From the NCBI GenBank assembly GCA_963736005.1, contig CAVTNB010000001.1, positions 320,001-384,000 of the forward strand: a stretch of DNA of 64,000 nt. Direction: 5' to 3'. The notes under the pieces were generated by a model that saw only the letters and a list, made by a program, of their open reading frames with translations, was not told the origin of the DNA and searched no databases. Source of the DNA: an uncultured Pseudomonadota bacterium. Its GTDB lineage: Bacteria > Vulcanimicrobiota > Vulcanimicrobiia > Eremiobacterales > Eremiobacteraceae. The translations under genes were made by a program, and so were the position numbers. Below, piece after piece: positions 7,581 to 17,346 of this stretch. Positions within the stretch are counted from its first letter, which is position 1; each line of letters begins with the position of its first letter.

Positions 7581-9143
7581 ATGGCTACGCAGGCTTCGCC
7601 CATCACCGCTCGCAGTTCTGTCGCCCCGGCGAAAGTTGGGGGCGGTGGCGTTTCGCTCATTTTGGTCACCACCACCGTGATGATCGGCATGATCATGGCG
7701 ATCATCGATGCGTCGATTGTCAACGTCGCGCTCGACAAAATGGCTGGCAATTTGGGCGCTTCCATCGATGAAATCGGCTGGGTCGCGACCGGCTACATCC
7801 TCTCAAACGTCATCGTCATGCCGCTCAATGGCTATTTGACCGCGGTTTTGGGGCGCAAGAACTTTTATGCCGCGAGCATTGCGATCTTTACGATTGCGTC
7901 GCTCTTGTGCGGCACGGCGACGAACGTGTGGCTGCTGGTCGCTTATCGAGTGCTCCAAGGACTGGGCGGTGGCGCCTTGATCCCGACTGCCCAGGCGATC
8001 CTGTTTGAGAGTTTCCCGCCTGAGAAACGCGGACAGTCTATGGCGTTTTTCGGTCTGGCTGCCATGGTTGGCCCAGCACTCGGCCCGACCCTGGGTGGCT
8101 ACATAATCCAAAACTATACGTGGCCGCTCATCTTCTTCATTAATATCCCGCTGGGCATCTTGGGCTTCTTCATGACGTTGGCTTTCATCGAAGACCCCTC
8201 ATATATCAAGAAGCCAGAACGCGCCGCCGACTGGATCGGCATTACGGCGATGGTCGTTGGGATCTCTTCACTGCAATACGTGCTCGAGCGCGGTCAGCAC
8301 GATGATTGGTTCAATTCACCGCTCATTGTGACGCTCACGGTTGCCTCGGTAGCGGGAATTGCATATTTTATCTATCGTCAGCTGCACGACGAGCATCCCT
8401 TTGTCGACTTGCGTGTCTTTCGTTTCCCCGCATTCGCCTATGGAAACGTCGTTGGGATTGTCACAGGGTTTGGCTTGTTTGGGTTGACGCTGGTGCTGCC
8501 GCTGTTCTTGCAGATCGTTCTCGGGTTCGATGCATGGCAGACCGGGCTTGCAGTCTTGCCAGGAGCCCTCGCGACGGCGGCGGGCATGCCGATTGCGGGT
8601 ATGCTCGTCAACCGCATTGACCCGCGATTGTCAATCGCGTTCGGGCTGATTGCCTCCGCAGTTGCTGCGTGGTGGCTGGGATCGTTCAGCGCGCAGGCGG
8701 GCTATTGGGATATCTTTTGGCCTCGCGCCCTGCAGGGTTTCGCGCTGGGGTTCATTTTCGTGCCTTTGTCCACAGTCATGCTGGCGCAAGTTCCCAAGGG
8801 GGAGTTGGCGAACGCTACCGGCTTGTCAACATTGATCCGTCAGCTCGGCGGTAGTTTCGGGATCGCGATTTTGACGACGCTGCTCGTCTGGAAGGAAAAA
8901 TACGTCTTTTCCAACCTGACGGCGAGCGTCACCAACGCGCATTACGCCGTGCACAACTTCTTGAATCAATCGAGCGGTGGCCCGCTCAATCCCACGCAAC
9001 AACTCGATTCGATGCTCCAGGGCGATTCAGCGCTGATCGCCTTCAATTTCCTGTTTAGGCTGTCAGCGATTGTCTTTGTCGCCTCGCTGCCGTTCGTATG
9101 GCTGTTGCCAAAAGTGCAGCCAGCTGCCGAGTCACCAGGGTAG
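7581..9143 (+). CDS. DHA2 (EmrB/QacA) MFS efflux permease
   Basis: DASIVNVAL, WVATGY, RVLQGLGGG, GPALGPTLGG, IFFINIPLG motifs. Confidence 0.93.
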   Translation: MATQASPITARSSVAPAKVGGGGVSLILVTTTVMIGMIMAIIDASIVNVALDKMAGNLGASIDEIGWVATGYILSNVIVMPLNGYLTAVLGRKNFYAASIAIFTIASLLCGTATNVWLLVAYRVLQGLGGGALIPTAQAILFESFPPEKRGQSMAFFGLAAMVGPALGPTLGGYIIQNYTWPLIFFINIPLGILGFFMTLAFIEDPSYIKKPERAADWIGITAMVVGISSLQYVLERGQHDDWFNSPLIVTLTVASVAGIAYFIYRQLHDEHPFVDLRVFRFPAFAYGNVVGIVTGFGLFGLTLVLPLFLQIVLGFDAWQTGLAVLPGALATAAGMPIAGMLVNRIDPRLSIAFGLIASAVAAWWLGSFSAQAGYWDIFWPRALQGFALGFIFVPLSTVMLAQVPKGELANATGLSTLIRQLGGSFGIAILTTLLVWKEKYVFSNLTASVTNAHYAVHNFLNQSSGGPLNPTQQLDSMLQGDSALIAFNFLFRLSAIVFVASLPFVWLLPKVQPAAESPG

Positions 9144-9176
9144 CCGGATCGCTCGCGGCGCGCAAGTTCGAAAATG

Positions 9177-9247
9177 TGCCCCGCCAGAGAATCGGACTCT
9201 GACCTGCCGGTTAAAAGCCGGCTGCTCTACCATTGAGCTAGCGGGGC
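9177..9247 (-). tRNA. tRNA-Lys(TTT)
   Basis: Cloverleaf; anticodon arm GCCGG-CTTTTAA-CCGGC; atypical T-loop TCCGATT. Confidence 0.88.
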
Positions 9248-9250
9248 GAG

Positions 9251-9326
9251 CGCGCCTGAAGGGACTCGAACCCCCAAAACCTTCGCGTTCGAAGCGCGAC
9301 GCTCTATCCAGTTGAGCTACAGGCGC
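9251..9326 (-). tRNA. tRNA-Arg(TCG)
   Basis: Cloverleaf; anticodon arm TCGCG-CTTCGAA-CGCGA. Confidence 0.92.
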
Positions 9327-9334
9327 ACATCTAT

Positions 9335-9412
9335 TGGGGTGAATGACGGGAGTTGAACCCGCGACCTTCGGTGCCACAGACCGACGCTCTAACCAGCTGA
9401 GCTACATTCACC
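9335..9412 (-). tRNA. tRNA-His(GTG)
   Basis: Cloverleaf with encoded G-1, C73 and CCA. Confidence 0.95.
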
Positions 9413-9496
9413 ACGCGACTTCCAGTTCTCCGAAAAATTTCGTCGACCTTGAGAGCAAGACCGTCGCCACGATTAGCAAAATCTGGGGAATGTTCG

Positions 9497-9570
9497 CGCG
9501 CCCGGCGAGACTCGAACTCGCGACATCCCGCTTAGAAGGCGGGTGCTCTATCCAGCTGAGCTACGGGCGC
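9497..9570 (-). tRNA. tRNA-Arg(TCT)
   Basis: Cloverleaf; anticodon arm CCCGC-CTTCTAA-GCGGG. Confidence 0.95.
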
Positions 9571-9609
9571 ACACCTTCAATGTTCGACCATTATGAGGTA
9601 AAGATAATA

Positions 9610-9684
9610 TCGGGCGGACAGGACTTGAACCTGCGATCCTCTCGGTCCCAAACCGAGCGCTCTACCAAGCTGAGCTACCGCCCG
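9610..9684 (-). tRNA. tRNA-Pro(TGG)
   Basis: Cloverleaf; anticodon arm CTCGG-TTTGGGA-CCGAG. Confidence 0.95.
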
Positions 9685-10189
9685 TTGAACGCTTGCGCGA
9701 CCAAAACTGCGCCGCAGTCTTGCGTCTGTGACAGTTCGCGCAACGCACCTCACATTTCGCCACTTCCTCCAAGATTCTTTTCCAGCTAAATGCCCGGCCA
9801 ATGAGTGTAGAAACGTTATCCTGCTTCGTTCCCCTTACATGGTCGAATTCGAGAACGATTGGGTCTGCTTCGCCGCAATCGACGCAAGCCCGTTCAATCA
9901 AGAATTCGTCCATCAGTTTCCGATTTCTAACCTTGTACCGGCGCTGATTAGCTTGTCGCCTCTGATTGTGTTTCTTTGCGTTTCGCTTGTAGTGCTCTTG
10001 GTTATATAATCGTTGGCATGGCCTGCAATACGCGTTTGGCCTCGGGCATGACAGACTTCGACTTGGAAATTCGAATGCAGCCTTGACGGCGCCGCAAAGC
10101 GGGCACTTCTTCGTGAGCGGAGAATTCAGTGGAAAGAGACCGATTTGGTAAGATACTACTGCATCGTTCATGGACAACCTATCACGCAC
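9662..10189 (-). CDS. HNH endonuclease with N-terminal Zn ribbon
   Basis: CPLC...CRPC ribbon; CVDC...LEFDH...N...CEVRCANCHRRKT; start uncertain (ATG 10171 possible). Confidence 0.85.
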   Translation of the reverse strand: MRDRLSMNDAVVSYQIGLFPLNSPLTKKCPLCGAVKAAFEFPSRSLSCPRPNAYCRPCQRLYNQEHYKRNAKKHNQRRQANQRRYKVRNRKLMDEFLIERACVDCGEADPIVLEFDHVRGTKQDNVSTLIGRAFSWKRILEEVAKCEVRCANCHRRKTAAQFWSRKRSTGGSSAW

Positions 10190-10261
10190 GCTTGTTTGCT
10201 TGTCTAGTCAGAACAATGTCGTGAAACAAAAGAATTTTTTATTCGCTTTGAAGAGGCTCTC

Positions 10262-10705
10262 ATGGACAAAGCACGACTGTTAGCGTTCTTGCGTACTCAA
10301 ACGTTCGCCGTGCAGAGCTCCGTCTCGGCGGATGGCGGACCACAGTCCGCAGTGGTAGGCTTCGTGGTCAGCGATGAGTTCGAAGTCTTCTTCGATACGG
10401 TCGACACTTCGCGAAAGGTAAAAAATCTTCGCGGCAATCGGAAGATCGGCTTCGTCATCGGTGGGCTGACATCGGGGGACGAGCGAACGGTCCAATACGA
10501 GGGCGTCGCCGACGAGCCAAGCGGGTCCGAACTCGAGCGGCTCAAGCAACTATACTTCGCTCGATTTCCGGATGGGCCGAAGCGCCAAACATGGCCGGGC
10601 CTCATGTACGTGCGTGCCCGTCCAACTTGGATTCGATTCAGTGACTACAACCAAGATCCGCCCTTGATTGTGGAATATAGCGCTTCGCCGCTCGAGCGGA
10701 CCTAA
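10262..10705 (+). CDS. Pyridoxamine 5'-phosphate oxidase-like (PPOX split-barrel) protein
   Basis: SSVSADGGPQSAVV...DTVDTSRKVKNLRGNRKIGFVI...TVQYEG. Confidence 0.85.
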   Translation: MDKARLLAFLRTQTFAVQSSVSADGGPQSAVVGFVVSDEFEVFFDTVDTSRKVKNLRGNRKIGFVIGGLTSGDERTVQYEGVADEPSGSELERLKQLYFARFPDGPKRQTWPGLMYVRARPTWIRFSDYNQDPPLIVEYSASPLERT

Positions 10706-10720
10706 AGGTCCGCTGCTACA
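10695..10720 (-). repeat. GTAG-type REP palindrome, family A
   Basis: TGTAGCAGCGGACCTTTAGGTCCGCT (minus); identical copies at 13289-13314 and 34798-34823. Confidence 0.8.
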
Positions 10721-10810
10721 TTTACTCGAGCGCGATAGCAAAACTGACCTTCACGTCGTCCTTAATCCTCTTGGATGAAATCTCGGAGAAATTGACCGCG
10801 CCGCGACTAT

Positions 10811-11446
10811 TCAGGATGCAATCAGAGGCCCTATTATGCGTTGTAGCGCGCGCACCGCGCGACCGCGATGAGAAACCTCGTGCTTGAGTGCACTTTGCAC
10901 TTGACCGAAGGTCGCGTTGTACGGCGGATACCAAAAGATGGGGTCGTAACCGAAACCATTTTCGCCGAGTGATTGGTCCGCAATGCGGCCTTCAACTTCG
11001 CCACGCGCGACGATCGGCTCGAAGCCTGGCACGACCAATGCGCAGACCGAAACAAACCGCGCATTCCGGTTCTTGCCCTCAACTGCCCGTAAAACGTTTG
11101 CGTTGCGTTCCGGGGAGCTTGCACCCACATAAGGCGTGCGCGCCGAGCGTACACCGGGTCCCCAGCCCATCGCCTCCACTTCGATTCCTGAATCATCCGC
11201 GAGAGCCGGGGCGCAAAGAATTTCGCTCAGCGCGGCAGCTTTCAGAACCGCGTTCTCTTCGTACGTCTCGCCATCTTCTGCAACGTCGGGATACTGATCG
11301 CCAGCCATGACGACCCGTGGCAAGAACGAACCCCAGAGCGTCGCGATCTCCCGAAACTTATCGAGATTCTTGGTCGCAACAGTAATGACCGCGCCTGGAT
11401 CCAAGCGTGCCTCGCGCCAGTCGCGAAAACGTGCAGGTAACCCCAT
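10811..11446 (-). CDS. rdgB: RdgB/HAM1 non-canonical purine NTP pyrophosphatase
   Basis: ATKN..K, ENAVLKA, LADDSG, GFGYDPIF, K..VSHRGRA. Confidence 0.93.
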   Translation of the reverse strand: MGLPARFRDWREARLDPGAVITVATKNLDKFREIATLWGSFLPRVVMAGDQYPDVAEDGETYEENAVLKAAALSEILCAPALADDSGIEVEAMGWGPGVRSARTPYVGASSPERNANVLRAVEGKNRNARFVSVCALVVPGFEPIVARGEVEGRIADQSLGENGFGYDPIFWYPPYNATFGQVQSALKHEVSHRGRAVRALQRIIGPLIAS

Positions 11447-11448
11447 CC

Positions 11449-13272
11449 CTAGTCGCGCTGCAGCTTGAGCACCGCCATGAACGCCTCTTGAGGCAGCTCG
11501 ACATTACCGACCTGCTTCATGCGCTTTTTGCCTTCTTTTTGCTTCTCGAGCAGCTTACGCTTCCGCGTGATGTCGCCGCCGTAGCACTTCGCGAGCACAT
11601 TCTTGCGCATGGCCTTCACCGTCTCTCGCGCGATAATCTTATTGCCGATCGCCGCCTGAATGGGCACGTCAAAGAGCTGTCGAGGAATGACCTCGCGCAG
11701 TCGCTCTGCAAGCTTGCGACCCCAATGCGCCGCTTTGTCACGATGAATAATGAAGGACAAAGCGTCCACCGGTTCGCCATTGAGCAAAATCTCCAGCTTC
11801 ACGAGGTCGCCTGGGCGAAATCCAATGACCTCATAGTCCATGCTCGCGTACCCTTTTGTCCGCGACTTTAATTGGTCGAAGAAATCGATGATGACCTCAG
11901 CCAGCGGTATCTCGTAGCTGAAAATGACTCGCATGGGGGAAATGTAGTCCATCGAAATCATGGCACCCCGGTGCGCCTGGCACAGCTCCATGATCGCCCC
12001 GATATACTCGGCGGGCGAAATGATCGAGCAGCGCACATAGGGCTCCTCGATGACGGCGATCGCCGGTGGAGGCGGCAGTTCGGCCGGATTGTCGATGATC
12101 AAGGACTCGCCGACCGTGGTGCTGACGTGATACACGACCGACGGCGAGGTCGCGATCAAACCTACCGCATATTCTCGCTCCAATCGCTCCTGTACGATCT
12201 CCATGTGGAGCAATCCCAAGAACCCGCAGCGGAATCCAAACCCAAGCGCAATCGAGGACTCAGGCTCGTACGAGAGTGATGCATCATTGAGCTTCAGCTT
12301 CTCGAGCGCGTCACGTAAGTCACTATACTCGGAGCCTTCGTTGGCATATAAGCCGCAATACACCATCGGGGTCACTTTCCGGTAGCCTGGCAGCGGCAGG
12401 TGTGCCGGCTTGTCCGCACCAGTTAGCGTGTCGCCAACCGTGATTTCCGACAGTGACTTGATGTTCGCGATGACGTACCCCACGTCGCCGATGTCCAAAT
12501 TCTGCGCCGCCCGCATGTCGGGCCGAAACGTTCCCACCTCGAGCACCTCAAACACGCGGTCTCCAGCCATGGATCGGATCCGCGTGCCCGAGCGCAGAGC
12601 TCCGTCGAAGACGCGCACGTAGCAGATGACTCCACGGTATGCATCGTATTGCGAGTCGAACACGAGGGCACGCAGATGCTCGCTGCCACCTCTCGGCGCG
12701 GGGATTCGCGTCACAATCGCTTCGAGGATCTCTTCGATGCCGATGCCTTCTTTTGCCGACGCTTTGATGCTCTTTTCCGCCTCGATGAGCAGCGTGTCCT
12801 CAACGTCGCGGGCAACGCCCGCCGGATCCGCAGATGGCAAATCGATTTTATTGATCACTGGGATTATCTCGAGCTTGGCTTCACTTGCGAGATAAAAGTT
12901 CGCGAGGGTCTGCGCCTCGATGCCCTGCGACGCGTCGATGACAAGCAGCGCCCCCTCGCACGCCGAGAGCGAGCGAGACACCTCGTAAGAGAAATCGACG
13001 TGACCTGGCGTGTCGATGAGGTTGAGCTCGTACAGCTCGCCATCGCGGGCGCGATACTCAATGGTGACCGGATGGGCTTTGATGGTAATGCCGCGCTCGC
13101 GCTCGAGGTCCATCGAGTCGAGGACCTGCTCTTGCATCTGGCGGGCGGCCAGCGTGCCGGTTAACTCCAAGAGCCGGTCGGACAGCGTCGTCTTGCCATG
13201 ATCGATGTGGGCGATAATGCAGAAGTTGCGAACGTGGGCATTGATGCGCTCTGTGGGCGCACGATGAGTCAT
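11449..13272 (-). CDS. lepA: Elongation factor 4
   Basis: [43 protein letters not shown]. Confidence 0.98.
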   Translation of the reverse strand: MTHRAPTERINAHVRNFCIIAHIDHGKTTLSDRLLELTGTLAARQMQEQVLDSMDLERERGITIKAHPVTIEYRARDGELYELNLIDTPGHVDFSYEVSRSLSACEGALLVIDASQGIEAQTLANFYLASEAKLEIIPVINKIDLPSADPAGVARDVEDTLLIEAEKSIKASAKEGIGIEEILEAIVTRIPAPRGGSEHLRALVFDSQYDAYRGVICYVRVFDGALRSGTRIRSMAGDRVFEVLEVGTFRPDMRAAQNLDIGDVGYVIANIKSLSEITVGDTLTGADKPAHLPLPGYRKVTPMVYCGLYANEGSEYSDLRDALEKLKLNDASLSYEPESSIALGFGFRCGFLGLLHMEIVQERLEREYAVGLIATSPSVVYHVSTTVGESLIIDNPAELPPPPAIAVIEEPYVRCSIISPAEYIGAIMELCQAHRGAMISMDYISPMRVIFSYEIPLAEVIIDFFDQLKSRTKGYASMDYEVIGFRPGDLVKLEILLNGEPVDALSFIIHRDKAAHWGRKLAERLREVIPRQLFDVPIQAAIGNKIIARETVKAMRKNVLAKCYGGDITRKRKLLEKQKEGKKRMKQVGNVELPQEAFMAVLKLQRD

Positions 13273-13288
13273 GCGCTATGATACGCGA

Positions 13289-13314
13289 AGCGGACCTAAA
13301 GGTCCGCTGCTACA
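13289..13314 (-). repeat. GTAG-type REP palindrome, family A
   Basis: Identical 26-mer to 10695-10720. Confidence 0.8.
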
Positions 13315-13335
13315 AGCTTGAGCGAGGGCGCGCGC

Positions 13336-14442
13336 TTACGTCGAGGACGTGGCGACAACTTTGACGGCGCCACTGAGATATGGCGTCGGGTCGATGGGTT
13401 TGCCCCACAGGTTGATTTGGTAGTGGCAATGCGGGCCCGTGGCGAAACCGGTCGCCCCGACGGTCGCAATCTCCTCGCCTTTCCTCACAACTTGTCCGAC
13501 GCTCACGAGAAGTTGCGAGTCGTGCGCATACCAGGTTTGCAAGCCATTGCCATGATCGATGACGACGCGATACCCGTAGCCGTAATACCAGCCCGCTTCG
13601 ACAACGACACCGGCCGCAGTTGCATAGATAGGTGCGCCATAGTCGTTGACGATGTCAAGCCCGGCATGGAATTCGCTGTCGGGATACACGCGATATCCGA
13701 AGCCGGAAGAAATGTAACCCAATGTCGGCCAGATGGATGGGATGGCGGCAAGATAGCGCACCTGAGCTTGCTCGGCTGCGATCTTGCGCTCTGCGGCCTC
13801 CCGGATGCGTGCCTCGAGCATCGTTGTCTGCGTTCCGGTTTGGTTGACCTCATCGGAAAGCGAGGTCAACTCGGCTGCCTCAGCGGCAAAACCGAGGTTA
13901 CCGCTCACCGGCAAGTCTCGGAACCACAGAGCAATCTTACCCCAGAACGTCGGTCTTGCGAAACCATACTGTGCGTGCGTGCCGGCAACCGGCTTGCGCT
14001 CGCTTTGACGCGCAAGCGCTTTCGGAACGATGACCTTGGTGAGGCGATGAATCTCCTCGTTGTCGCGCTGTAGTTTGCCGACTTTCTGCCACAGAATATG
14101 CGTCTGCTTCGAGAACGCAGCAAGTTCTTGGCGCTGTTGGGCGTCAACCTTGGCAAGAGTGCGAGCCCGGGCTTCAGCGGCGCGAACATCGGCGACGTGC
14201 ACGCTGAAAAGCGTGGCGAGCAAAAGGACTATCGTGATGCCTGTCAATGCGAGATGACGGTGTGAAAGCTCGAGCTTGTATACCGCATCGCCGTTGTGGG
14301 GAACAATCTTCACGAGGACGCGTTTGTTCGGGCAGAATGCCCAACGCGTAAATCTTGCAAGCCGAGCGCGCAGTGATGCGCTCTCCTTAGAATCCGCGCT
14401 AGCTGGTTCGAGCAAGCTCGATCGCTCGGCGTTCTTCGTCAC
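13336..14442 (-). CDS. M23 metallopeptidase with TM and coiled coil
   Basis: HAGLD, YAH, TGPHCHY motifs; start uncertain. Confidence 0.9.
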   Translation of the reverse strand: MTKNAERSSLLEPASADSKESASLRARLARFTRWAFCPNKRVLVKIVPHNGDAVYKLELSHRHLALTGITIVLLLATLFSVHVADVRAAEARARTLAKVDAQQRQELAAFSKQTHILWQKVGKLQRDNEEIHRLTKVIVPKALARQSERKPVAGTHAQYGFARPTFWGKIALWFRDLPVSGNLGFAAEAAELTSLSDEVNQTGTQTTMLEARIREAAERKIAAEQAQVRYLAAIPSIWPTLGYISSGFGYRVYPDSEFHAGLDIVNDYGAPIYATAAGVVVEAGWYYGYGYRVVIDHGNGLQTWYAHDSQLLVSVGQVVRKGEEIATVGATGFATGPHCHYQINLWGKPIDPTPYLSGAVKVVATSST

Positions 14443-14866
14443 TCAGTTCCTTGTCCGCTGTGAAGTCGCGCACCGCTTTTGCATACGTCCTCACTTCTTC
14501 ACGCGAATAGATGCTCGAAACGAGAAATCCGTTGCCCTGCCGGTCAACCACGGCCAGAGCATACGAAAGCTCCGACCCGACATCGGGAAATGCGTTAAAC
14601 CGCACGAACCCGACCCTTTGCAAGCTGCGCGCCGCGTTTGCTTCCAACGCGTCCACCCGACCGCGCAGCGCGGCGATGTCCGCTGGACTACCCGCCGCCT
14701 TTATCTGTAGTTGGTTCGAAGTGCGCGCTCTTGCAAATGTACGGCGCGCGATAGCCCAGTGATAGACGAGCGCCACAGCGATCGCGGCAACGAATGACAT
14801 CGCAAAGATCGGGGATGTCAGCGCATTGCCTAAATTCGTCAAGAACGATACGAGAGCGTCGTTCAT
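14399..14866 (-). CDS. DUF4446-family protein
   Basis: TM then QRVGFVRFNAFPDVGSELSYALAVVD..GNGFLVSSIYSREEVRTYAK...LSDEE. Confidence 0.8.
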   Translation of the reverse strand: MNDALVSFLTNLGNALTSPIFAMSFVAAIAVALVYHWAIARRTFARARTSNQLQIKAAGSPADIAALRGRVDALEANAARSLQRVGFVRFNAFPDVGSELSYALAVVDRQGNGFLVSSIYSREEVRTYAKAVRDFTADKELSDEERRAIELARTS

Positions 14867-14928
14867 GACGCTAGCCCCGCTGATTCGAACTGCGACATTC
14901 CGCTCCTTCCTGAGCTGGGTCACACCAA

Positions 14929-15049
14929 GGGAGGCTCAGGCTAGAGAGATCCGCGGCACCCGAAAGGTTCCGCATGCCGCTGCTACCTTCCGGTCCTGAC
15001 GGGGTTAACGGACTCTCGTCGCGCGGGTCCCTAGCCTTCAACGCCTCCC
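14929..15049 (-). ncRNA. ffs: SRP RNA (S domain)
   Basis: Helix-8 motif TCAGGACCGGAAGGTAGCAGC in a long hairpin closed by GGGAGGC/GCCTCCC; downstream of tadA and tRNA-Ser; 5' end may extend further. Confidence 0.9.
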
Positions 15050-15195
15050 ACGCGCGGTTCGACTGTATGTTCGACCGCAGTGCGGGTTTTCAAGTCTGAG
15101 TATGGCCGCAACCTTCAGTTGGATGCGCTACCTTGCGAGTTGTGGCGGCGTTTGCGTGAACTTGCTCGACAATAAACTTTCGAAATGAGTTTGCA

Positions 15196-15286
15196 TGGCG
15201 GAGAGGGAGGGATTCGAACCCTCGAGGCGGTTTAAGCGCCTACACGCTTTCCAGGCGTGCCTGTTCGACCGCTCCAGCACCTCTCC
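15196..15286 (-). tRNA. tRNA-Ser(GGA)
   Basis: Cloverleaf with long variable arm; CCA encoded. Confidence 0.95.
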
Positions 15287-15298
15287 AAGTGACCATCC

Positions 15299-15877
15299 TC
15301 ACGATGGGTTGGGCTGATAGTGAAGGTAGACGAGTCCGTTTTTGAACGCTCTTGCTTCAACAAGGTTGAGGTTCGCGGTGGTAACATCTTGGAAGAGATA
15401 CTTGCCAACGCCTAAGATTGCAGGGACGACCACGAGCGAATAGTCATCGATGAGACCCATACGGGCAAGCTGTTGCACAATGGTGCCGCTGCCCAATATC
15501 GTCAGATCTTTGCCCTTCTGCTCTTTGAGCTGTGCGATTGTCGTCCGCTTTACTTCATGAACGAGCGTAATGTTTTTCCAGTGAGGCCCTTCCTCGACAC
15601 TTTGCAGCGCTTTTGAAAAAACGATTTTCGGACTCTTATTCACAACCTCAGCCATATGCGGATCGTTCTTTATCGCCTCCTGGGTTGGCCAGTAACTTTT
15701 CATCATTTCATAAGTCGTATGGCCGAAGATCAGCGCACCATTTGACTGTGTTTGCTGATGGGTGAACGCATCGAACTCAGCGTCTGGTTGTATAGCCTTA
15801 AACCAATCGATTTCGCCGAGTGGCCCAGCAAAGAAGCCATCAACTGACATAAATGTAAAGGTTGTTATTCTTCTCAC
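15299..15877 (-). CDS. Dihydrofolate reductase / RibD C-terminal domain family protein
   Basis: GTG start; FMSVDGFFAGP, LIFGHTTYE, ILGSGTIVQQL, GLIDDY..VVPAILGVG. Confidence 0.9.
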   Translation of the reverse strand: MRRITTFTFMSVDGFFAGPLGEIDWFKAIQPDAEFDAFTHQQTQSNGALIFGHTTYEMMKSYWPTQEAIKNDPHMAEVVNKSPKIVFSKALQSVEEGPHWKNITLVHEVKRTTIAQLKEQKGKDLTILGSGTIVQQLARMGLIDDYSLVVVPAILGVGKYLFQDVTTANLNLVEARAFKNGLVYLHYQPNPS

Positions 15878-15885
15878 GTTTCCTG

Positions 15886-15980
<95 letters not shown>

Positions 15981-16037
15981 ACGGTCAACCGTTGCGCATT
16001 CTTGGCATGCGCTGGTACGCCCTCTGGTGTTGCGTAG

Positions 16038-16517
16038 CTACAATTCTTCCTGGCGACGCTGCCGAAAAAATTCGCGGAGCTGCTGGGTTGCCTCGTCGCT
16101 CAGCAAACCACCTTCGATCCGAACTCGGTGGTTGAGGCGTGAATCGTCTGCGACGTTGAGCACCGAGCCTGCACCGCCGCCTTTCGGATCTGGGCACGCG
16201 AAGACCAGACGCTCGATGCGCGCAGCAACGCATGCCGCCGCGCACATGATGCAGGGTTCCTTGGTGACGTACAAAGTGGCGTTTGGGAGTCGCCAGCCGC
16301 CGCGGTGTGCACAGGCCTGGCGCAGCGCGACGATCTCTGCGTGCGCTGTGGGGTCGTGGTTCGCTTCCTTTTGGTTGAAACCGACCGCTGCAACCTTGTC
16401 GTTAATGACGAGCACTGCCCCAACGGGAACGTCACCGCGCTGTCCTGCAATCTCTGCTAATTCCAACGCCTTACGCATGAACCCGGTGTCAACCGGCGAG
16501 AATATTTGACTTTGCAT
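16038..16517 (-). CDS. tadA: tRNA adenosine(34) deaminase
   Basis: VPVGAV, DPTAHAE, WRL, EPCIMC, LNH, FFRQRR. Confidence 0.92.
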   Translation of the reverse strand: MQSQIFSPVDTGFMRKALELAEIAGQRGDVPVGAVLVINDKVAAVGFNQKEANHDPTAHAEIVALRQACAHRGGWRLPNATLYVTKEPCIMCAAACVAARIERLVFACPDPKGGGAGSVLNVADDSRLNHRVRIEGGLLSDEATQQLREFFRQRRQEEL

Positions 16518-16521
16518 TGCA

Positions 16522-16595
16522 CGCGCCCGAGTGGGCTCGAACCACCAACCTTCGGCTTCGGAGGCCGACACTCTATCCAATTGAGCTACGGGCGC
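16522..16595 (-). tRNA. tRNA-Arg(CCG)
   Basis: Cloverleaf; anticodon arm TCGGC-CTCCGAA-GCCGA. Confidence 0.95.
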
Positions 16596-16715
16596 AGGGC
16601 CGCCAGAGCAACACCCGCTCTTCGCAAGCGGGTCATCGGTATCCCGCCGGGAGAGACAATCACAGAGGGCTGACTGTCAAGAAAACAAACGAAATTCGGC
16701 GTAGGAGGTTATAGC

Positions 16716-17267
16716 ATGAACAATTCTACGAACGCGTCCAATCTCGGCATGATCCCACTTCTCCTGTTCAGCCTGGGCGTTTCAATCTTCTTGCTTTCGG
16801 GAAACGCTTGGGGATATGTGTCAGACGGCGCCTACGCATCTTTTGCATTATTCACCGGCGGTCTGGGTTCGCTGATCGCGGGTTTTTGGGCATACCGGAC
16901 GGGCAACACAGCGGGCAACAGATTCGGATTCGTTGCCGCAAGTGCCCTCGGTACCTTCTTCGCATCCAGCGCCCTCTATCACTGGTTCTTCGCGTCGACC
17001 GCGCCGGATGCGGCAATGAACCGCGCTTGGATTTCGCTCGCTTGGACGGTTGTTTTCGGTTTTCTGGCGCTCGCATCAGTTCGCGTTTCCGAAATTCCAG
17101 GGCCGGGTAAAGTCATGTGGTTTTTGATTTTCGTCTTTTTCCTGTTCCGATGGATTGGCCCAGCATTTCACCTCGATGTCGCGCTCAAGGTTGAAGCTGT
17201 CACCGGTATCATCGTCGCGATCTTTGCGATGATCGGAGGTTTTATCACACTTCGCGATGCGCTTTGA
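16716..17267 (+). CDS. GPR1/FUN34/YaaH (SatP-like) 6-TM channel
   Basis: AGGAGG RBS; FTGGLGSLIAGFWAYRTGNT...FGFVAASALGTFF resembles SatP; canonical NPAPLGL motif degenerate. Confidence 0.6.
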   Translation: MNNSTNASNLGMIPLLLFSLGVSIFLLSGNAWGYVSDGAYASFALFTGGLGSLIAGFWAYRTGNTAGNRFGFVAASALGTFFASSALYHWFFASTAPDAAMNRAWISLAWTVVFGFLALASVRVSEIPGPGKVMWFLIFVFFLFRWIGPAFHLDVALKVEAVTGIIVAIFAMIGGFITLRDAL

Positions 17268-17274
17268 GTGAAAG

Positions 17275-17346
17275 TGCCTCGGGCAAGAATCGAACTTGCG
17301 ACCAAGGGCTTATGAGTCCCCTGCTCTACCGCTGAGCTACCGAGGC
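17275..17346 (-). tRNA. tRNA(CAT), non-initiator (Met elongator or Ile2)
   Basis: Paired G1-C72; anticodon arm GGGGA-CTCATAA-GCCCT. Confidence 0.85.

Noticed and set aside
9343..9789. ORFs over tRNA clusters (also 9132-9377, 15862-16509, 51653-51973)
   Set aside because: Shadow translations of tRNA genes or antisense to real genes
16620..16715. Riboswitch upstream of the SatP-like gene (GGAGAGAC resembles a glycine riboswitch)
   Set aside because: The remaining conserved elements are not present
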